This document shows, piece after piece, positions 46,700-60,748 of a stretch of DNA of 64,000 nucleotides (positions are counted from its first letter, which is position 1; each line of letters begins with the position of its first letter). Source of the DNA: an uncultured delta proteobacterium (GTDB lineage: Bacteria; Myxococcota_A; Polyangia; Haliangiales; Haliangiaceae); assembly GCA_963743525.1 (NCBI GenBank), contig CAVUQH010000002.1, positions 256,001 through 320,000 on the forward strand. Direction: 5' to 3'. Made by a program: the position numbers and the translations under genes. Below the pieces are notes generated by a model. That model made no database searches and was not told where the DNA came from. It worked only from the letters and a program-made list of their open reading frames with translations.

Positions 46700-48430
46700 A
46701 TGAGCGACCTGGTGATCGGCGGTCGGCGCTCCGGCTCGGCGCGGCGCAGCATGCGGGCTGCGGCGATCGCCAGTCTTGCGGTCGTCTTCGCGCTCCTGGT
46801 CGCTTACATGATCTTTCGCCGCGTCGTGTCGTACGTGGTGCCAGAGGGGTCGGTGCCGGACACGCCGCTCATGGTTACCGGCACCGAGGGGACACCGTCG
46901 CGGCTCGGCTTCGGCGACTCGTCGCTGTCCTACTCCGGACACATCGCGGTGCTCCGACTTGTGGGGAAGCCTCACACACTGGGCGTCGCCCAGGGTCGAC
47001 TGCTCGGCGCCAGCGTCGGCGCGGTCGCCCGCACTCTCGAGCCGGCGGTCGACTACACCGTCTCCCGCTCCGGCCTGTTCGGCGACTCGACCCACTCGAC
47101 GCGGTTGCGCTGGCGCCAGCGAATGCTCGACGACGGCATCCCCGGGCATCAGCTGCTCGACATCGCCGGTGTGGTCCGCGGCGCGCGCAAGAGCACGGGC
47201 AGCGCACCGGAGTACGAGTCGTTCCTGCGCCAGCAAGCCGTGCTCGACGTCGGCACGGCGCCACCGTGGACCGAGGGCCGGCGCTTTCGCACCGTCGCCC
47301 GGTCGCTCGGCTTCGTCGCCACGTTGCGCGGCACCAGTGGCGATCGCCTGCTGGTCGGTCGCAGCTTCGCCTTGCCCGGCGCCGCCGACGAGGGCGCGAC
47401 CGCCGCCGAGAACTTGACGGTGAGCTTCGTCCGCGACTCGGGCGGCGAGATCATCCCGTTCGCCTCGATCGGCTGGCCCGGTTTGGTCGGCGTGGTCAGC
47501 GGCATCAACGCCGAGGGCATCGCCGTGATGGTCCATCCGGCGCGCGCTGCCAACGTACGAGTGACCCGCGAAGCGCAGCCGATTCCCCTGCTCGCCCGCG
47601 AGATCCTCGAGCACGCGCGCACCCTCGACGACGCCATCGCGGTGCTCCAGCACGGCGACCCGCTGGGCGCGGCAGCGGTGTTGATCGTCGACGGCAACGC
47701 GCGCAGCTGGGCGGTGGTCGACGTGACGCCGGGCGGCGTCGAAGCGCGCCGCGGACAGACCCCACCGGTGGTCACCGGCATCTTGAAAGCCGACGACCTG
47801 CAGAGCGATCCGGAGAACGATCGCGCGCAGCGGATCCGTCCGGCCGCGACCCGGGCCAAGCGGGTCGCGCGGATGTTGCGCGGGGTCATCGCCAGGCCCG
47901 AAGACGTGGCCGCGATCCTCCGCGACAGGCGCGGCGTCGACGACGCGCCGCTGCCGCTCGGTCACCGCGGCGCGGTGCAAGATCTGGCCGCGGTACACAC
48001 GGCGATCGTCGACGCCTCCGGCATGGTGCTGTGGGTCAGTGAGGGCCCCGGCGCCAGCGGCCGCTTCCGCGCCTTCGATCTGCGCTACGAGCTGCGCCGC
48101 GAGGGCGCGCGCCCTGCCCCGCCGCCCGATATCCCCGCCGACGCCGAGCTCGATCCGGGAGACGCCGCGGCGATCCTCGCCGCCCGCGCGGATCTGCGCC
48201 AGGCCCGTCACGCCTGGTCGGACGGCACCCATCGCCGCGCGCGAGAGCTGGTCCAGCGGGCGCTGGCGAGAGCGCCGACCCTGCCCGAGGCGCTGCGCAT
48301 GGCCGGTGACTACGCGCGCGCCGACGGCGACCACGAAGTGGCCGATCAGTTCTACCGGCGCTACCTCGAGGTCGGCCCCGACGACCTGGCCGCCGAAGAA
48401 GAGATCAAGGCGCTGCTCAACAACCTGTGA
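46700..48430 (+). CDS. C45/Ntn-hydrolase-fold protein with C-terminal TPR; catalytic Cys not visible
   Basis: LLVGRSF, FASIGWPGLVGVVSGINAEGI, AREILEHARTLDDAI, ILRDRRG and HTAIVD motifs. Confidence 0.75.
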   Translation: MSDLVIGGRRSGSARRSMRAAAIASLAVVFALLVAYMIFRRVVSYVVPEGSVPDTPLMVTGTEGTPSRLGFGDSSLSYSGHIAVLRLVGKPHTLGVAQGRLLGASVGAVARTLEPAVDYTVSRSGLFGDSTHSTRLRWRQRMLDDGIPGHQLLDIAGVVRGARKSTGSAPEYESFLRQQAVLDVGTAPPWTEGRRFRTVARSLGFVATLRGTSGDRLLVGRSFALPGAADEGATAAENLTVSFVRDSGGEIIPFASIGWPGLVGVVSGINAEGIAVMVHPARAANVRVTREAQPIPLLAREILEHARTLDDAIAVLQHGDPLGAAAVLIVDGNARSWAVVDVTPGGVEARRGQTPPVVTGILKADDLQSDPENDRAQRIRPAATRAKRVARMLRGVIARPEDVAAILRDRRGVDDAPLPLGHRGAVQDLAAVHTAIVDASGMVLWVSEGPGASGRFRAFDLRYELRREGARPAPPPDIPADAELDPGDAAAILAARADLRQARHAWSDGTHRRARELVQRALARAPTLPEALRMAGDYARADGDHEVADQFYRRYLEVGPDDLAAEEEIKALLNNL

Positions 48431-48440
48431 CCGCGCGCGA

Positions 48441-49754
<1,314 letters not shown>

Positions 49755-49785
49755 CCGCCCCCGGTTGGAGTCGATTATTCCCCGA

Positions 49786-50237
<452 letters not shown>

Positions 50238-50259
<22 letters not shown>

Positions 50260-51389
50260 AGCACCAGCGCTCCGACCGCGAGGGCGGCGACTGCCACCAA
50301 CGTCCATGCTACCAGACCCGGGCGCGAGCTCTCTTCCAGTCGCGCGCTGGCCGGCCCGCCGGGGGCCTCCTCTGCCGACGCGGGGCCGGCAACCTCGCCG
50401 CGGTAAACCGGGTGCTGGCCGGTGGCCGGAATCGGTGGCGGCCCGGGGTCCTCGGCCAGGCCGGCCTTGGCCGCCAGCCGCCGGGCCACCCACGAGGTCG
50501 TGGTCAGGGCGCGGTCGCCCTCCTCGGACGGGTCGATCTCGGTGAAGCGGGGCAGGTCTTCCTCGCTGAGCGGCGGGCGCAGCCCCTCACCATCGAAGCG
50601 GGCGATGACGGCGGTGACGTTGTCGGGTGCGCCGGCGGAGTGGGCCAGGCGAATCAGGGTGTCGGCGGCCTCGTCCAGATCCGGGCAGGCCGACAGGGTC
50701 GCCCGCAGCTTGTCGTCGTCCACCGGCCCGTGCAAACCGTCCGAGCAGAGCAGCAGGGCATCGCCGCGGCGGACCTCGACCAGCGAGATCGACGGGTTGA
50801 CGTCCTCCTTCACCCCCAGCGCCTGCAGGATCATGTTGGCGTGCATGGTCTGCTTGGCCTCGCGCGGGGTCATGCGGCCGGAATGCACCAGCGCGGCGGC
50901 GATCGACTGATCGCGGGTGACCTGGGTCAGCGTGGAGCCGCGGTGGATGTAGGCGCGCGAGTCACCGACCTGGGCCAGGATGATCGCGTCGCCGACCAGG
51001 CCGGCGGCCGACACCGTGGTGCCCATGCCGTGGAGCGCGGGATCGCGGCTGCCCTCTTCGTGCACCCGGCGGTTGGCCAGACGCACCGCTCGGCGCAGGA
51101 TGCGGGCGTAGACCGGCCGCTCGTCGGTGACCCGGGCCGCGCGCATCTCGGCCCAGATCACGTCGGCGGCCAGCTTGCTGGCGACCTCGCCACCGGCGGC
51201 GCCGCCCATGCCGTCGCAGACGATGAGCAGCGGTCCGCGGCGAACGATGGTGCGCTTGTCCGGCTCCGCGGCCTCGATCGACTCGCCGGCGTCGAGGTCA
51301 CCGACCAGGAAGGTGTCCTGGTTGTTCGCGCGGATCAGACCGACGTCGGTCCGCGCGATCACCTCGACCGATACCGGCGGCCGGTCCAC
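50238..51389 (-). CDS. PP2C-family Ser/Thr phosphatase
   Basis: TDVGLIRANNQD, CDGMGG, MGTT, VGDSRAY, LLCSDGL and DNVT motifs. Confidence 0.95.
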
Positions 51390-51392
51390 CGC

Positions 51393-52607
51393 CTACAAGC
51401 CGGGCTCGAAGCGGAAGAGCTGGTCGCCCATGCGCAGGTGATCGCCGCGACGCAGCTCCCACGCCCCGGACAGGCGCAGGAACGTACCGTTGGAGCTGTG
51501 CAGGTCTTCGATGACGCAGCGCCCGCTCTGCCAGCGCAGCGCGGCGTGGCGGCGGGACAGGAAGGCGTCGTCGTCGAACACCAGATCGCCCTCCTCGCGG
51601 CCGATGACGATCTCGGGGTCGTCGAGGAAGCGGACGTCGCGGATGCCGCCGTTGGGCAGCATCTGCATCAGCCGTCCCCACGGCTCGCGCGGCGGCGAGC
51701 CGAACATGTGCACGCCGTGGCGCACCAGCGGCGCCGCATCGCGCTCCTCGGCCGACACCTCTTCGAACCGCATCACCTCGCGACCGGCCAGGAAGTAGGC
51801 GCCGTCGGCCAGCGGCTCGGGGCCGGACAGCCGGCGGTAGACGCCGTTGAGGGTGTCGAGCGGCACCACCCGCGGCCCCTTGTCGCTGTGCTCCAGGCGC
51901 GCGTGTCGCGGCGCCAGGAAGGTGTCGTCGTCGAAGCAGATGTCGGCACCCGACCGGCCGACGACCACGAACTCGCCGCGCAGCGGGTAGCTGTCGCCGT
52001 CGGTGCCGTCGCGGTTGACCGACACCAGGGCGCCCCAGGAGACCGACGCCTCGACGTCGGTGGGACGATCCAGGCCGCCCCGTCCTTGCGGCGCCGCCAG
52101 GGTCTCGGCCACCGCCTCGCCCGAGGCGATGCCGGGCCGGGGAGGTGCTGCGGGCGGCGGTCCGCCCGGCGCTCCGCCAATTTGGCCGCCGACCTGCCCG
52201 GCCGAGCCGCCGAACGAGCCGCCGGGTCCGGGCGCCGCGGCGGGCGGGCGAACCGGGCCGCTGCCGCCGAGGCGGGATCCGCACTGCTGGCAGAAGGCGA
52301 AGCCGGTCGGCGTCTGGCCACCGCAGGTGGGGCACAGCTGCATCCCGCCCGCGCCCGCCGGCGGCGGCGCAGCCTGTGGCGGCGGTGCCACCTGCTGCGG
52401 TGCTGGCGCCGAAATCAGGCTGTTACCGCACTGGCGACAGAAATTCATGCCCGGAGGGTTCTGCGTTCCGCACTGGGCACAGTGCCCGCTGGACAACCCG
52501 GCGCCGCCGCTCGGAGTCTGAGCGGAAGCACTGAGGCGCGTGCCACAGTTCAGACAAAAGAGAGACCCTTCTGGACTTTCCCTACTGCAATTCGGGCAGC
52601 GAGGCAT
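51393..52607 (-). CDS. Triple Zn-ribbon plus double FHA domain protein
   Basis: Three CxxC...FCxxCG units; two FHA motifs (GR...RHA...NG). Confidence 0.9.
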   Translation of the reverse strand: MPRCPNCSRESPEGSLFCLNCGTRLSASAQTPSGGAGLSSGHCAQCGTQNPPGMNFCRQCGNSLISAPAPQQVAPPPQAAPPPAGAGGMQLCPTCGGQTPTGFAFCQQCGSRLGGSGPVRPPAAAPGPGGSFGGSAGQVGGQIGGAPGGPPPAAPPRPGIASGEAVAETLAAPQGRGGLDRPTDVEASVSWGALVSVNRDGTDGDSYPLRGEFVVVGRSGADICFDDDTFLAPRHARLEHSDKGPRVVPLDTLNGVYRRLSGPEPLADGAYFLAGREVMRFEEVSAEERDAAPLVRHGVHMFGSPPREPWGRLMQMLPNGGIRDVRFLDDPEIVIGREEGDLVFDDDAFLSRRHAALRWQSGRCVIEDLHSSNGTFLRLSGAWELRRGDHLRMGDQLFRFEPGL

Positions 52608-52711
52608 TGGCCCTCCGGCGCGGCCGCAATCGCGTTTGCAACGGGCACGTCACCCTGTTAAACCCCGCCTGCAACGTAGCAAAACCCCGAGAAAAAGGTC
52701 AAGCTCCCGCC

Positions 52712-54058
52712 GTGTTCGACTACCCTCGCGCACCCCTTCGCGGTGCGCTCGCTACCGCCGTATGCGCCCTCGCGCTGACCGGCTGCATGCCGCCGCAGCC
52801 GCGCACCGCTCCTTTCCGCGCTCGCCCCGATTCGGTCCAGGCCGGCGATCTGCGCGGGCCGTTCACCGGCCGCGTGCTCGACGCCGCCTCGGGCAGCCCG
52901 GTCGCCGGCGCCATGGTCTACGCCACCTGGTCGCTCGATGACGGCCACGGCTCGGCCCAGCCGGCCGGCTACCGCGAGTACGTGACCTCGACCGACGCCT
53001 CCGGCCGCTACAAGGTGCCGGGATTCGCCAAGGTTGGGGCCCCCAACGGCAGCGTGACGCCCGGGGACGCGCGGATCACCGACTTCTACCTGGTCATCTA
53101 CAAGCGCGGCTTCGTCGGCTACCGCAGCGACCGCCGTTTCGACGACCTGGGCCCGCGGATGGACTTCGCGCAGAAGCAGAACAAGGTCCAGCTCGAGCGC
53201 TGGCGCCAGGAGTACTCCCATGCCCGCCACCTGCGCTATCTGGGCGGCGGCGCCACCCTGGCCGCGCTGACCTCGTGGGAGGTCGACGAGGCCGCCGCCG
53301 AGCTGTCCGGCGAGGGCAGCCACACCCGCATCGCCAGCGACCTGTTCCCCCAGCGCGGCAGCCGCCGCATCGTCGCCGCCCAGCTGATCGGCGAGGACGA
53401 CATCAAGCAGGTCACCAAGTACGACGGCAGCTTCGAAGCCGGGCCGCTGGGTGACGAGCCGGACACCGACGTCTACAGCTCGCAGCACTTCAAGGCGCTG
53501 GGCCGGCCGCAGTCGTACGACATCGCCGTGCGCATGTGGCAGCTGGAGCCGGCCGAGGCCGAGGGCCGCTACTCGGCGCTGGTCGACTCGTTGCCCGACG
53601 TTGACGAGCGCAACGAGATCGCGACCCGCTCCCTGCGGGCCAAGGAGAACAACATCTTCGGCGTCGCGTTCATCGACCGCGAGCGCGGCACGGTGGTGCT
53701 GCTGACCTGCGGCGACAGCCAGTGCAAGGACGACGAGTCCGCGGTCAAGCTGGCGCGCATCATGTACGACCGGATCGAGCGGAGCGTGCCCAAGCGCGCG
53801 GCGAGCGAATTGACGCCGGCGGACAGCGCGCCGGAAACGACGCCGGCGCCGGCCGAGGCAGCGCCCGCGGCCCCCAAAGACCAGCCCGCGGCCAAGCCGA
53901 CCGCGCCGACCGAGGCGGCACCGGCGAAGGACGCGCCGGCCGAGGCGGCACCGGCGAAGGACGCGCCGGCCAGGACCGCACCGCCGGCCACGCCGGCCAA
54001 GGCCGCCCCGGCAGATTCCAAACCCGCCCCCGGAAAGACCGGAGACGACGCGCAATGA
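52712..54058 (+). CDS. Lipoprotein with carboxypeptidase-regulatory-like domain and Ala/Pro-rich tail
   Basis: Lipobox LTGC; GRVLDAASGSPVAGA motif. Confidence 0.7.
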   Translation: MFDYPRAPLRGALATAVCALALTGCMPPQPRTAPFRARPDSVQAGDLRGPFTGRVLDAASGSPVAGAMVYATWSLDDGHGSAQPAGYREYVTSTDASGRYKVPGFAKVGAPNGSVTPGDARITDFYLVIYKRGFVGYRSDRRFDDLGPRMDFAQKQNKVQLERWRQEYSHARHLRYLGGGATLAALTSWEVDEAAAELSGEGSHTRIASDLFPQRGSRRIVAAQLIGEDDIKQVTKYDGSFEAGPLGDEPDTDVYSSQHFKALGRPQSYDIAVRMWQLEPAEAEGRYSALVDSLPDVDERNEIATRSLRAKENNIFGVAFIDRERGTVVLLTCGDSQCKDDESAVKLARIMYDRIERSVPKRAASELTPADSAPETTPAPAEAAPAAPKDQPAAKPTAPTEAAPAKDAPAEAAPAKDAPARTAPPATPAKAAPADSKPAPGKTGDDAQ

Positions 54059-55407
54059 GACGTTTTTTCGCCCTCGCCGTGGCGCTCACGCTGGCCGCGG
54101 CTCTGCGCCCCGCCGGCGCCTACGAAGCCGCCACCACCCACGCCGGGCTCACCGAGCAGGCGGCGATGCACTCCAAGCTGCACGATCGGCTGCGCAAGCA
54201 GTTCGGCTACGACCGCGGCCTGCTGCAGCAGCTGATCATCCCGCCCGCCGACGCGCCGGCGCTGTTCGCCGTGCTGCGGCTGAACAACCCCGCGCACGGC
54301 TTCGTCCCCGACGGCCGCGGGCGGCAGTCGGCTCTGTCGTGGCTGGTCGCCGGCTCGGCCCTGGCCGATAGTCCGGCGGCGTTTGCCGACAACCACTACT
54401 TCGATCCGCTGACCGGCAAGGGCTTCGACAACCATCCGTCGGCTGTCGACTGGGTGACCGACGCGAAGAACCCGATGGGCGTCACCGGCTTCCTCGCCCA
54501 GTACGCCAAGGCGGTGCGGGCCAAGACCCCGGGCGAGCGCGAGCGCCACCTGGCCGGCGCGCTGCTGGCCGCCGGCGCCGTCCTCCACGTGCTCGAGGAC
54601 ATGGGCTCGCCGTCGCACGTGCGCGACGACCACGAAGCGCACTTGCAGCAGGTGGGGCCCGACCGCCACGACGTCGGCTCTCGCTTCGAGCGCATCGCCA
54701 GCCTGGCCTATGGCCGGCTGGGCGTGCCCGAGCCAACCGCCGAGGTGACCCGCGACGACCTGCGCTCGTTCTTCACCGCCAAGGACGGCAAGGGTCTGGC
54801 CGACCTCACCAGCCGCGACTACTTCTCCGCCGACACTCTGCCCCGATCGATCGATCTCGAAGGTCGCGTGGGCAAGGACGAGCTCGGCCGCCTGCTGGCC
54901 GCCAGTGTCCGCCGGCCCGCGCCGGTGCCGCTGCCGCAGCTCGATCTCATCGGCGCGGCGCGCGGCGCGGTGACGCTGACCGGCGAGCGCGGCGAATGCC
55001 TGGCCCGCTACCGGGTCGAAAAAGCGCGCCTGCGCTTCTCCACCGACGACGACTGTGCGCTCGAGCAGCTGGCGCTGCTCCTGCCGCGCACCGGCGCCTA
55101 CGCCACCGGCCTGCTCGACTACCTGTTCCGCGGCCAGCTGGTGGTCTACGCCAAGCCGAGCGGCGTGTCGGCCGCGGTCGCTGGCGCCGCTGCCGGCGCC
55201 GGCACGCTGGAGCTGTTCTGGGACGACGCCAGCGGCGTGCGCACGTCGCTGGGCTCCATCAAGGTCAGCGGCGCGAGCCGCGGCAAGCAGCTGGGCAAGG
55301 TCGGCCAGGCCCCGCCCAAGGCGGTGCGCGTGGTCGCCCTGTTCGAGGGCGTGGACGCCAAGGGCCAGCCGCTGGTCGCCACCGGTCAGCTCGCGCTGAA
55401 GCAGTAG
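54055..55407 (+). CDS. Secreted Zn-dependent phospholipase C / P1-nuclease-like protein
   Basis: Signal peptide, then YEAATTH, NHYFDP, LHVLEDMGSPSH and RFE. Confidence 0.65.
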   Translation: MRRFFALAVALTLAAALRPAGAYEAATTHAGLTEQAAMHSKLHDRLRKQFGYDRGLLQQLIIPPADAPALFAVLRLNNPAHGFVPDGRGRQSALSWLVAGSALADSPAAFADNHYFDPLTGKGFDNHPSAVDWVTDAKNPMGVTGFLAQYAKAVRAKTPGERERHLAGALLAAGAVLHVLEDMGSPSHVRDDHEAHLQQVGPDRHDVGSRFERIASLAYGRLGVPEPTAEVTRDDLRSFFTAKDGKGLADLTSRDYFSADTLPRSIDLEGRVGKDELGRLLAASVRRPAPVPLPQLDLIGAARGAVTLTGERGECLARYRVEKARLRFSTDDDCALEQLALLLPRTGAYATGLLDYLFRGQLVVYAKPSGVSAAVAGAAAGAGTLELFWDDASGVRTSLGSIKVSGASRGKQLGKVGQAPPKAVRVVALFEGVDAKGQPLVATGQLALKQ

Positions 55408-56328
55408 CTAGCCGATACGCCGGGCCAGCTCGAGCACGGCCACGTCGCGCGGCGCCAGTGCGCGCGCCAGCGCGACGTGCTCGCGCGCGGCCTCGAGCTC
55501 GCCATCCTCGAGCGACTGCGCCGCCGCCTCGCGGTGGACGGCGACCAGCTCCGGCGCCCGTGACAGCGCCCGATCGGCGGCCTCGGCGCGGGACGCCTCG
55601 TCGTTCATCACCGCCGCCAGCCGGGCTGCGTGGGCCCAAAAGAACGGCGAGTGCTCGTACGCCGGGTTGGCTGCGGCGGCCTCCCTCATGTCGCTGACCG
55701 CAGCCGGCAGATCGCCCAGCCGCTCGGCGATACGCGCCATGTCGAACCAGGCCCAGGAAAAGGCCGGCCGCCGCGCCAGCAGCTCTTCCAGCTCGTCGCG
55801 CGCGCGATCGAGCTTGCCGTCGCGGACCAGCGCCCGCGCCAGGCGCCAGCGCGGAGCCGGGGCGCCCTTGTCGCGGTTCAGGATCTCCTCTTCGACCCGG
55901 ATCGCGGCGGCCGGCACCAGGTCGCCATCCTCGTCGAAGACGCCGTCGCGGAACTCGCCCTCGTCGTCGATCAACACCGCCTGACCCAGGACCCAGCCGA
56001 ACAACCAGCGGTCGAGTGCGCTGCCCTCTTCCATCCACTCGCCGCTGTCCTGCTCCATCCGCCAGACCGCGCCGGTGTCGCGGTCGACGGCGAGGTCGTC
56101 GCCCTCGACCTCGCCGATCATCCACCGGCTGCCGTCGACCACCGCCTCCCGCGACGACACCAGCACCAGCGCGCCGTGGAACAGCTCGCCGCCGTCGAAG
56201 ACGTGCCACACCGCGCGCAGCCCGCTGGGCAGCGCGGAGTCGAGCACCGCCTGCGGGGACTCCACGCGGTGGACCCCGTCGGCGTAGCGCGCCAATCGCT
56301 CGCGAACCCGTGTGGCCGCGTCGCTCAC
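55408..56328 (-). CDS. SMI1/KNR4-like domain plus TPR protein
   Basis: LPSGLRAVWHVFDGGELF and AVDRDTGAVW motifs; helical TPR C-terminal half. Confidence 0.6.
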   Translation of the reverse strand: MSDAATRVRERLARYADGVHRVESPQAVLDSALPSGLRAVWHVFDGGELFHGALVLVSSREAVVDGSRWMIGEVEGDDLAVDRDTGAVWRMEQDSGEWMEEGSALDRWLFGWVLGQAVLIDDEGEFRDGVFDEDGDLVPAAAIRVEEEILNRDKGAPAPRWRLARALVRDGKLDRARDELEELLARRPAFSWAWFDMARIAERLGDLPAAVSDMREAAAANPAYEHSPFFWAHAARLAAVMNDEASRAEAADRALSRAPELVAVHREAAAQSLEDGELEAAREHVALARALAPRDVAVLELARRIG

Positions 56329-56334
56329 GACGAC

Positions 56335-58374
<2,040 letters not shown>

Positions 58375-58486
58375 GGCCCGGCCCTCGAGGTGCGGTTGCG
58401 GTTCGGCGCCCGCTGGCGCAGTCCCCCTCTAAACGGGCTGAAACGTTACTAAATCAGCGGAGAACTGGTCAAGCTCGCGCGCCCGC

Positions 58487-58663
58487 TTACAGAACGGTCG
58501 TCAACGTGGGCCCCGGACCGGGCCCCGGAGGCTGCGGCTGGGCGCGCTGGGACGGCCACAGCGCGCGCTCGATGGAAGGGCCCCAGATCGCGGCCACCCC
58601 GACCCCCGCGATGAGGATCAAAGAGCCAATGATCACGATGTCGTGCCACCAACTGCGCCGCAT
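58487..58663 (-). CDS. Small single-TM protein, Flp-pilin-like
   Basis: DIVIIGSLILIAGVGVAAIWGPSIERALW; upstream of the CpaF-like gene. Confidence 0.5.
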   Translation of the reverse strand: MRRSWWHDIVIIGSLILIAGVGVAAIWGPSIERALWPSQRAQPQPPGPGPGPTLTTVL

Positions 58664-58712
58664 GTGCCCGCCCGCTTGAACAAAGCGTAGCACGGGCCCG
58701 TCGACCCGGGGC

Positions 58713-59309
58713 ATGATGTCCTCTATGCACGGAGCCCGCGCCGCCCGCCGGCTGGTCGTGGCCACCTGCGCCCTGGCGCTGGCCCACGCCGCCCCGGCCG
58801 AGGCCAAGAAGAAGGACAAGTACTACTACGAGGTCCACGACGTCTCCCTGGCCAAGGGAATCCCCGACGCGATCTCGACCGCCGTGGCCAAACAACTGGC
58901 CGAGCGGATCGCCGCCAACCCCGAGCTGCTGGCCCAGCTCGACGGCGCGCCCGACCCCGAGAAGACGCCCAAGAAGTTCAAGCGTTACTTGAAGATAAAG
59001 CACCTTCGTGCTTTCAAGGTCAACGTCGAGGTGACCGCCTACAGCCACGAGCTCGAGCCGATGCCCGAGCCGCGCCGCGGCCAGTACCTGACCGTGTCGA
59101 TCGATCTCCACGCCTTTGGCGAGACCATTCCCGACCGGGTGATGGCGTTCACCGGCAACGGCAGCGCCACCGTCAAGCTGGAGATCGGACGCAAGGTCAG
59201 GGATCGCGACTCCGAGGCCGCCAACCACGACGCCATCGAGATGGCCATCGACAAGGCGCTGGCCGAGTCGATCAGCAAGCTGCGCAAGGGACCCAAAGCA
59301 AAAAAATAG
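58713..59309 (+). CDS. Hypothetical exported protein
   Basis: Signal peptide ending APAEA; typical codon bias. Confidence 0.75.
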   Translation: MMSSMHGARAARRLVVATCALALAHAAPAEAKKKDKYYYEVHDVSLAKGIPDAISTAVAKQLAERIAANPELLAQLDGAPDPEKTPKKFKRYLKIKHLRAFKVNVEVTAYSHELEPMPEPRRGQYLTVSIDLHAFGETIPDRVMAFTGNGSATVKLEIGRKVRDRDSEAANHDAIEMAIDKALAESISKLRKGPKAKK

Positions 59310-59312
59310 GTC

Positions 59313-59343
59313 GGGCCCCGCGCGGCGCCGGCCGCGGGGCCCC
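59313..59343 (+). terminator. GC-rich hairpin
   Basis: Stem GGGCCCCGCG/CGCGGGGCCC, no U-tract. Confidence 0.35.
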
Positions 59344-59347
59344 GCCG

Positions 59348-60259
59348 GTGCGCGCCGTCGCGCTCGGCCTCTATCCCGGCACTGCCGATGGCGACTACGA
59401 CCGGATGGTCAACGAGATCGCCGCGGTCGGCGCGACGCACGTCGCCCTGGTGGTCAGCTGGGCGCAGCACGACGTGCGCTCCGTGCGCATCGGATCGCGC
59501 CGGGACCAGACCGTCCCCGACGCCCTGGTCCAGCGGCTGGCCGACCGCGCCCGCGACCGCGGCCTCGCCGTCATCCTGTTCCCCATCCTGATCCTCGACC
59601 GCAACCGCCCCGGCGAGTGGCGTGGCACCCTGCGCCCGACCGACCCGGCCGTCTGGTGGCGCCAGTACGAGGCGTTCATCCTCCACTACGCCGACCTCGC
59701 CGCCGCCACCAGGGCCGATGTGCTGTTCGTCGGCAGCGAGCTGGGCTCGACCGAGGGCTGGCGCGAGCGCTGGCAGCACCTGGTTGGCCAGGCCAAGCGG
59801 CGCTTCACCGGCCGCATTGCCTACAGCGCCAACTGGGACCACTACCAGAAGGTCAGCTTCTGGCGCCGGCTGGACATCCTCGGGGTCACCGGCTACTTCG
59901 AGCTGACCCGCGACCACGACGCGAGAGTGCCCGAGCTGATGCGCGCCTGGGCCGTCGCGCGAAAGGCGCTGCTGGCCTTCGCCGCCGCGCGGCCCGGCCC
60001 TGCCCTGTGGCTATCCGAGGTCGGCTACGTCAGCCGCGACGGCGCCGCCACCCGACCCTGGGACTACACGCTGTCGGCCAAGATCGACCTCGAGGAGCAG
60101 CGACGCTGCTACGAGGCGCTGCGGCGAACCTGGACCGGCACCACCGAGTTGGGCGGCGTGGTCATCTGGAACTGGCTGGGCACCGGCGGCCCCCGCGACG
60201 GCGGCTACACCCCGCGAGGCAAACCCGCCGAGCGCGAGCTGCGAACCTGGTTCCGCTAG
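59348..60259 (+). CDS. Glycoside hydrolase family 113-like (GTA TIM barrel)
   Basis: WRG, VGSEL, YSANWD, YFEL, SEVGY and YTPRGKPAE motifs. Confidence 0.8.
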   Translation: MRAVALGLYPGTADGDYDRMVNEIAAVGATHVALVVSWAQHDVRSVRIGSRRDQTVPDALVQRLADRARDRGLAVILFPILILDRNRPGEWRGTLRPTDPAVWWRQYEAFILHYADLAAATRADVLFVGSELGSTEGWRERWQHLVGQAKRRFTGRIAYSANWDHYQKVSFWRRLDILGVTGYFELTRDHDARVPELMRAWAVARKALLAFAAARPGPALWLSEVGYVSRDGAATRPWDYTLSAKIDLEEQRRCYEALRRTWTGTTELGGVVIWNWLGTGGPRDGGYTPRGKPAERELRTWFR

Positions 60260-60310
60260 CCGGACGCACCCGAGCGAGGGCGAGACGTACTCGCCCCCGC
60301 CCCGGCCCGC

Positions 60311-60628
60311 TCACCGAATCAGCACGAACAACGTCGCCGTCACCCGGTCGAAGCGATCCATCAGCCCCGCGTCCAGCGCCTCCACATAGCCCATCGCCTC
60401 CGCGACCCGCAAATTCGCCACCGTCTCCCGCGCCGAGCCCAATGCACTGTCGTACCGCGCCCGCCGCGTACCGCCCCGACTGCCCTCGCCCTCGGCCAGA
60501 TTCAACACGATCGACATCGCCGACCGCCGCAATTGCCTGGCCTGGTCCTTGTCGTACGTCTCGATCTGCCCGGCCAGCCCCCTGACGTCACGAACCAACT
60601 CGATGCAAACAGCCTGAATACGAAGCAT
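60311..60628 (-). CDS. Four-helix-bundle protein (23S rRNA IVP / Avd-like family)
   Basis: QLRRSAMSIVLNLAEGEG and ALGSARET motifs; GGAGAGGA RBS. Confidence 0.92.
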   Translation of the reverse strand: MLRIQAVCIELVRDVRGLAGQIETYDKDQARQLRRSAMSIVLNLAEGEGSRGGTRRARYDSALGSARETVANLRVAEAMGYVEALDAGLMDRFDRVTATLFVLIR

Positions 60629-60664
60629 CCGATCCTCTCCTTGCGAAAGTGAGGCATCCCCACC

Positions 60665-60748
60665 CGCCCAGCGCGCAGGCGGGGTCAAGAGCGCGAAGCG
60701 GCGCGCGCTCCGCGCGCGCGAACTCTTGACGCCGCCGAGCACTGGGCG
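60665..60748. other. Long imperfect inverted repeat (REP-like or structured RNA)
   Basis: CGCCCAG..GGCGGGGTCAAGAG pairs with CTCTTGACGCCGCC..CTGGGCG; core matches at 13 of 14 positions. Confidence 0.75.

Noticed and set aside
53911..53970. Exact 30-bp tandem duplication
   Set aside because: In-frame EAAPAKDAPA linker repeat; ordinary slippage.
60311..60628. Complete diversity-generating retroelement
   Set aside because: No reverse transcriptase and no TR/VR pair with A-specific mismatches seen in the window.
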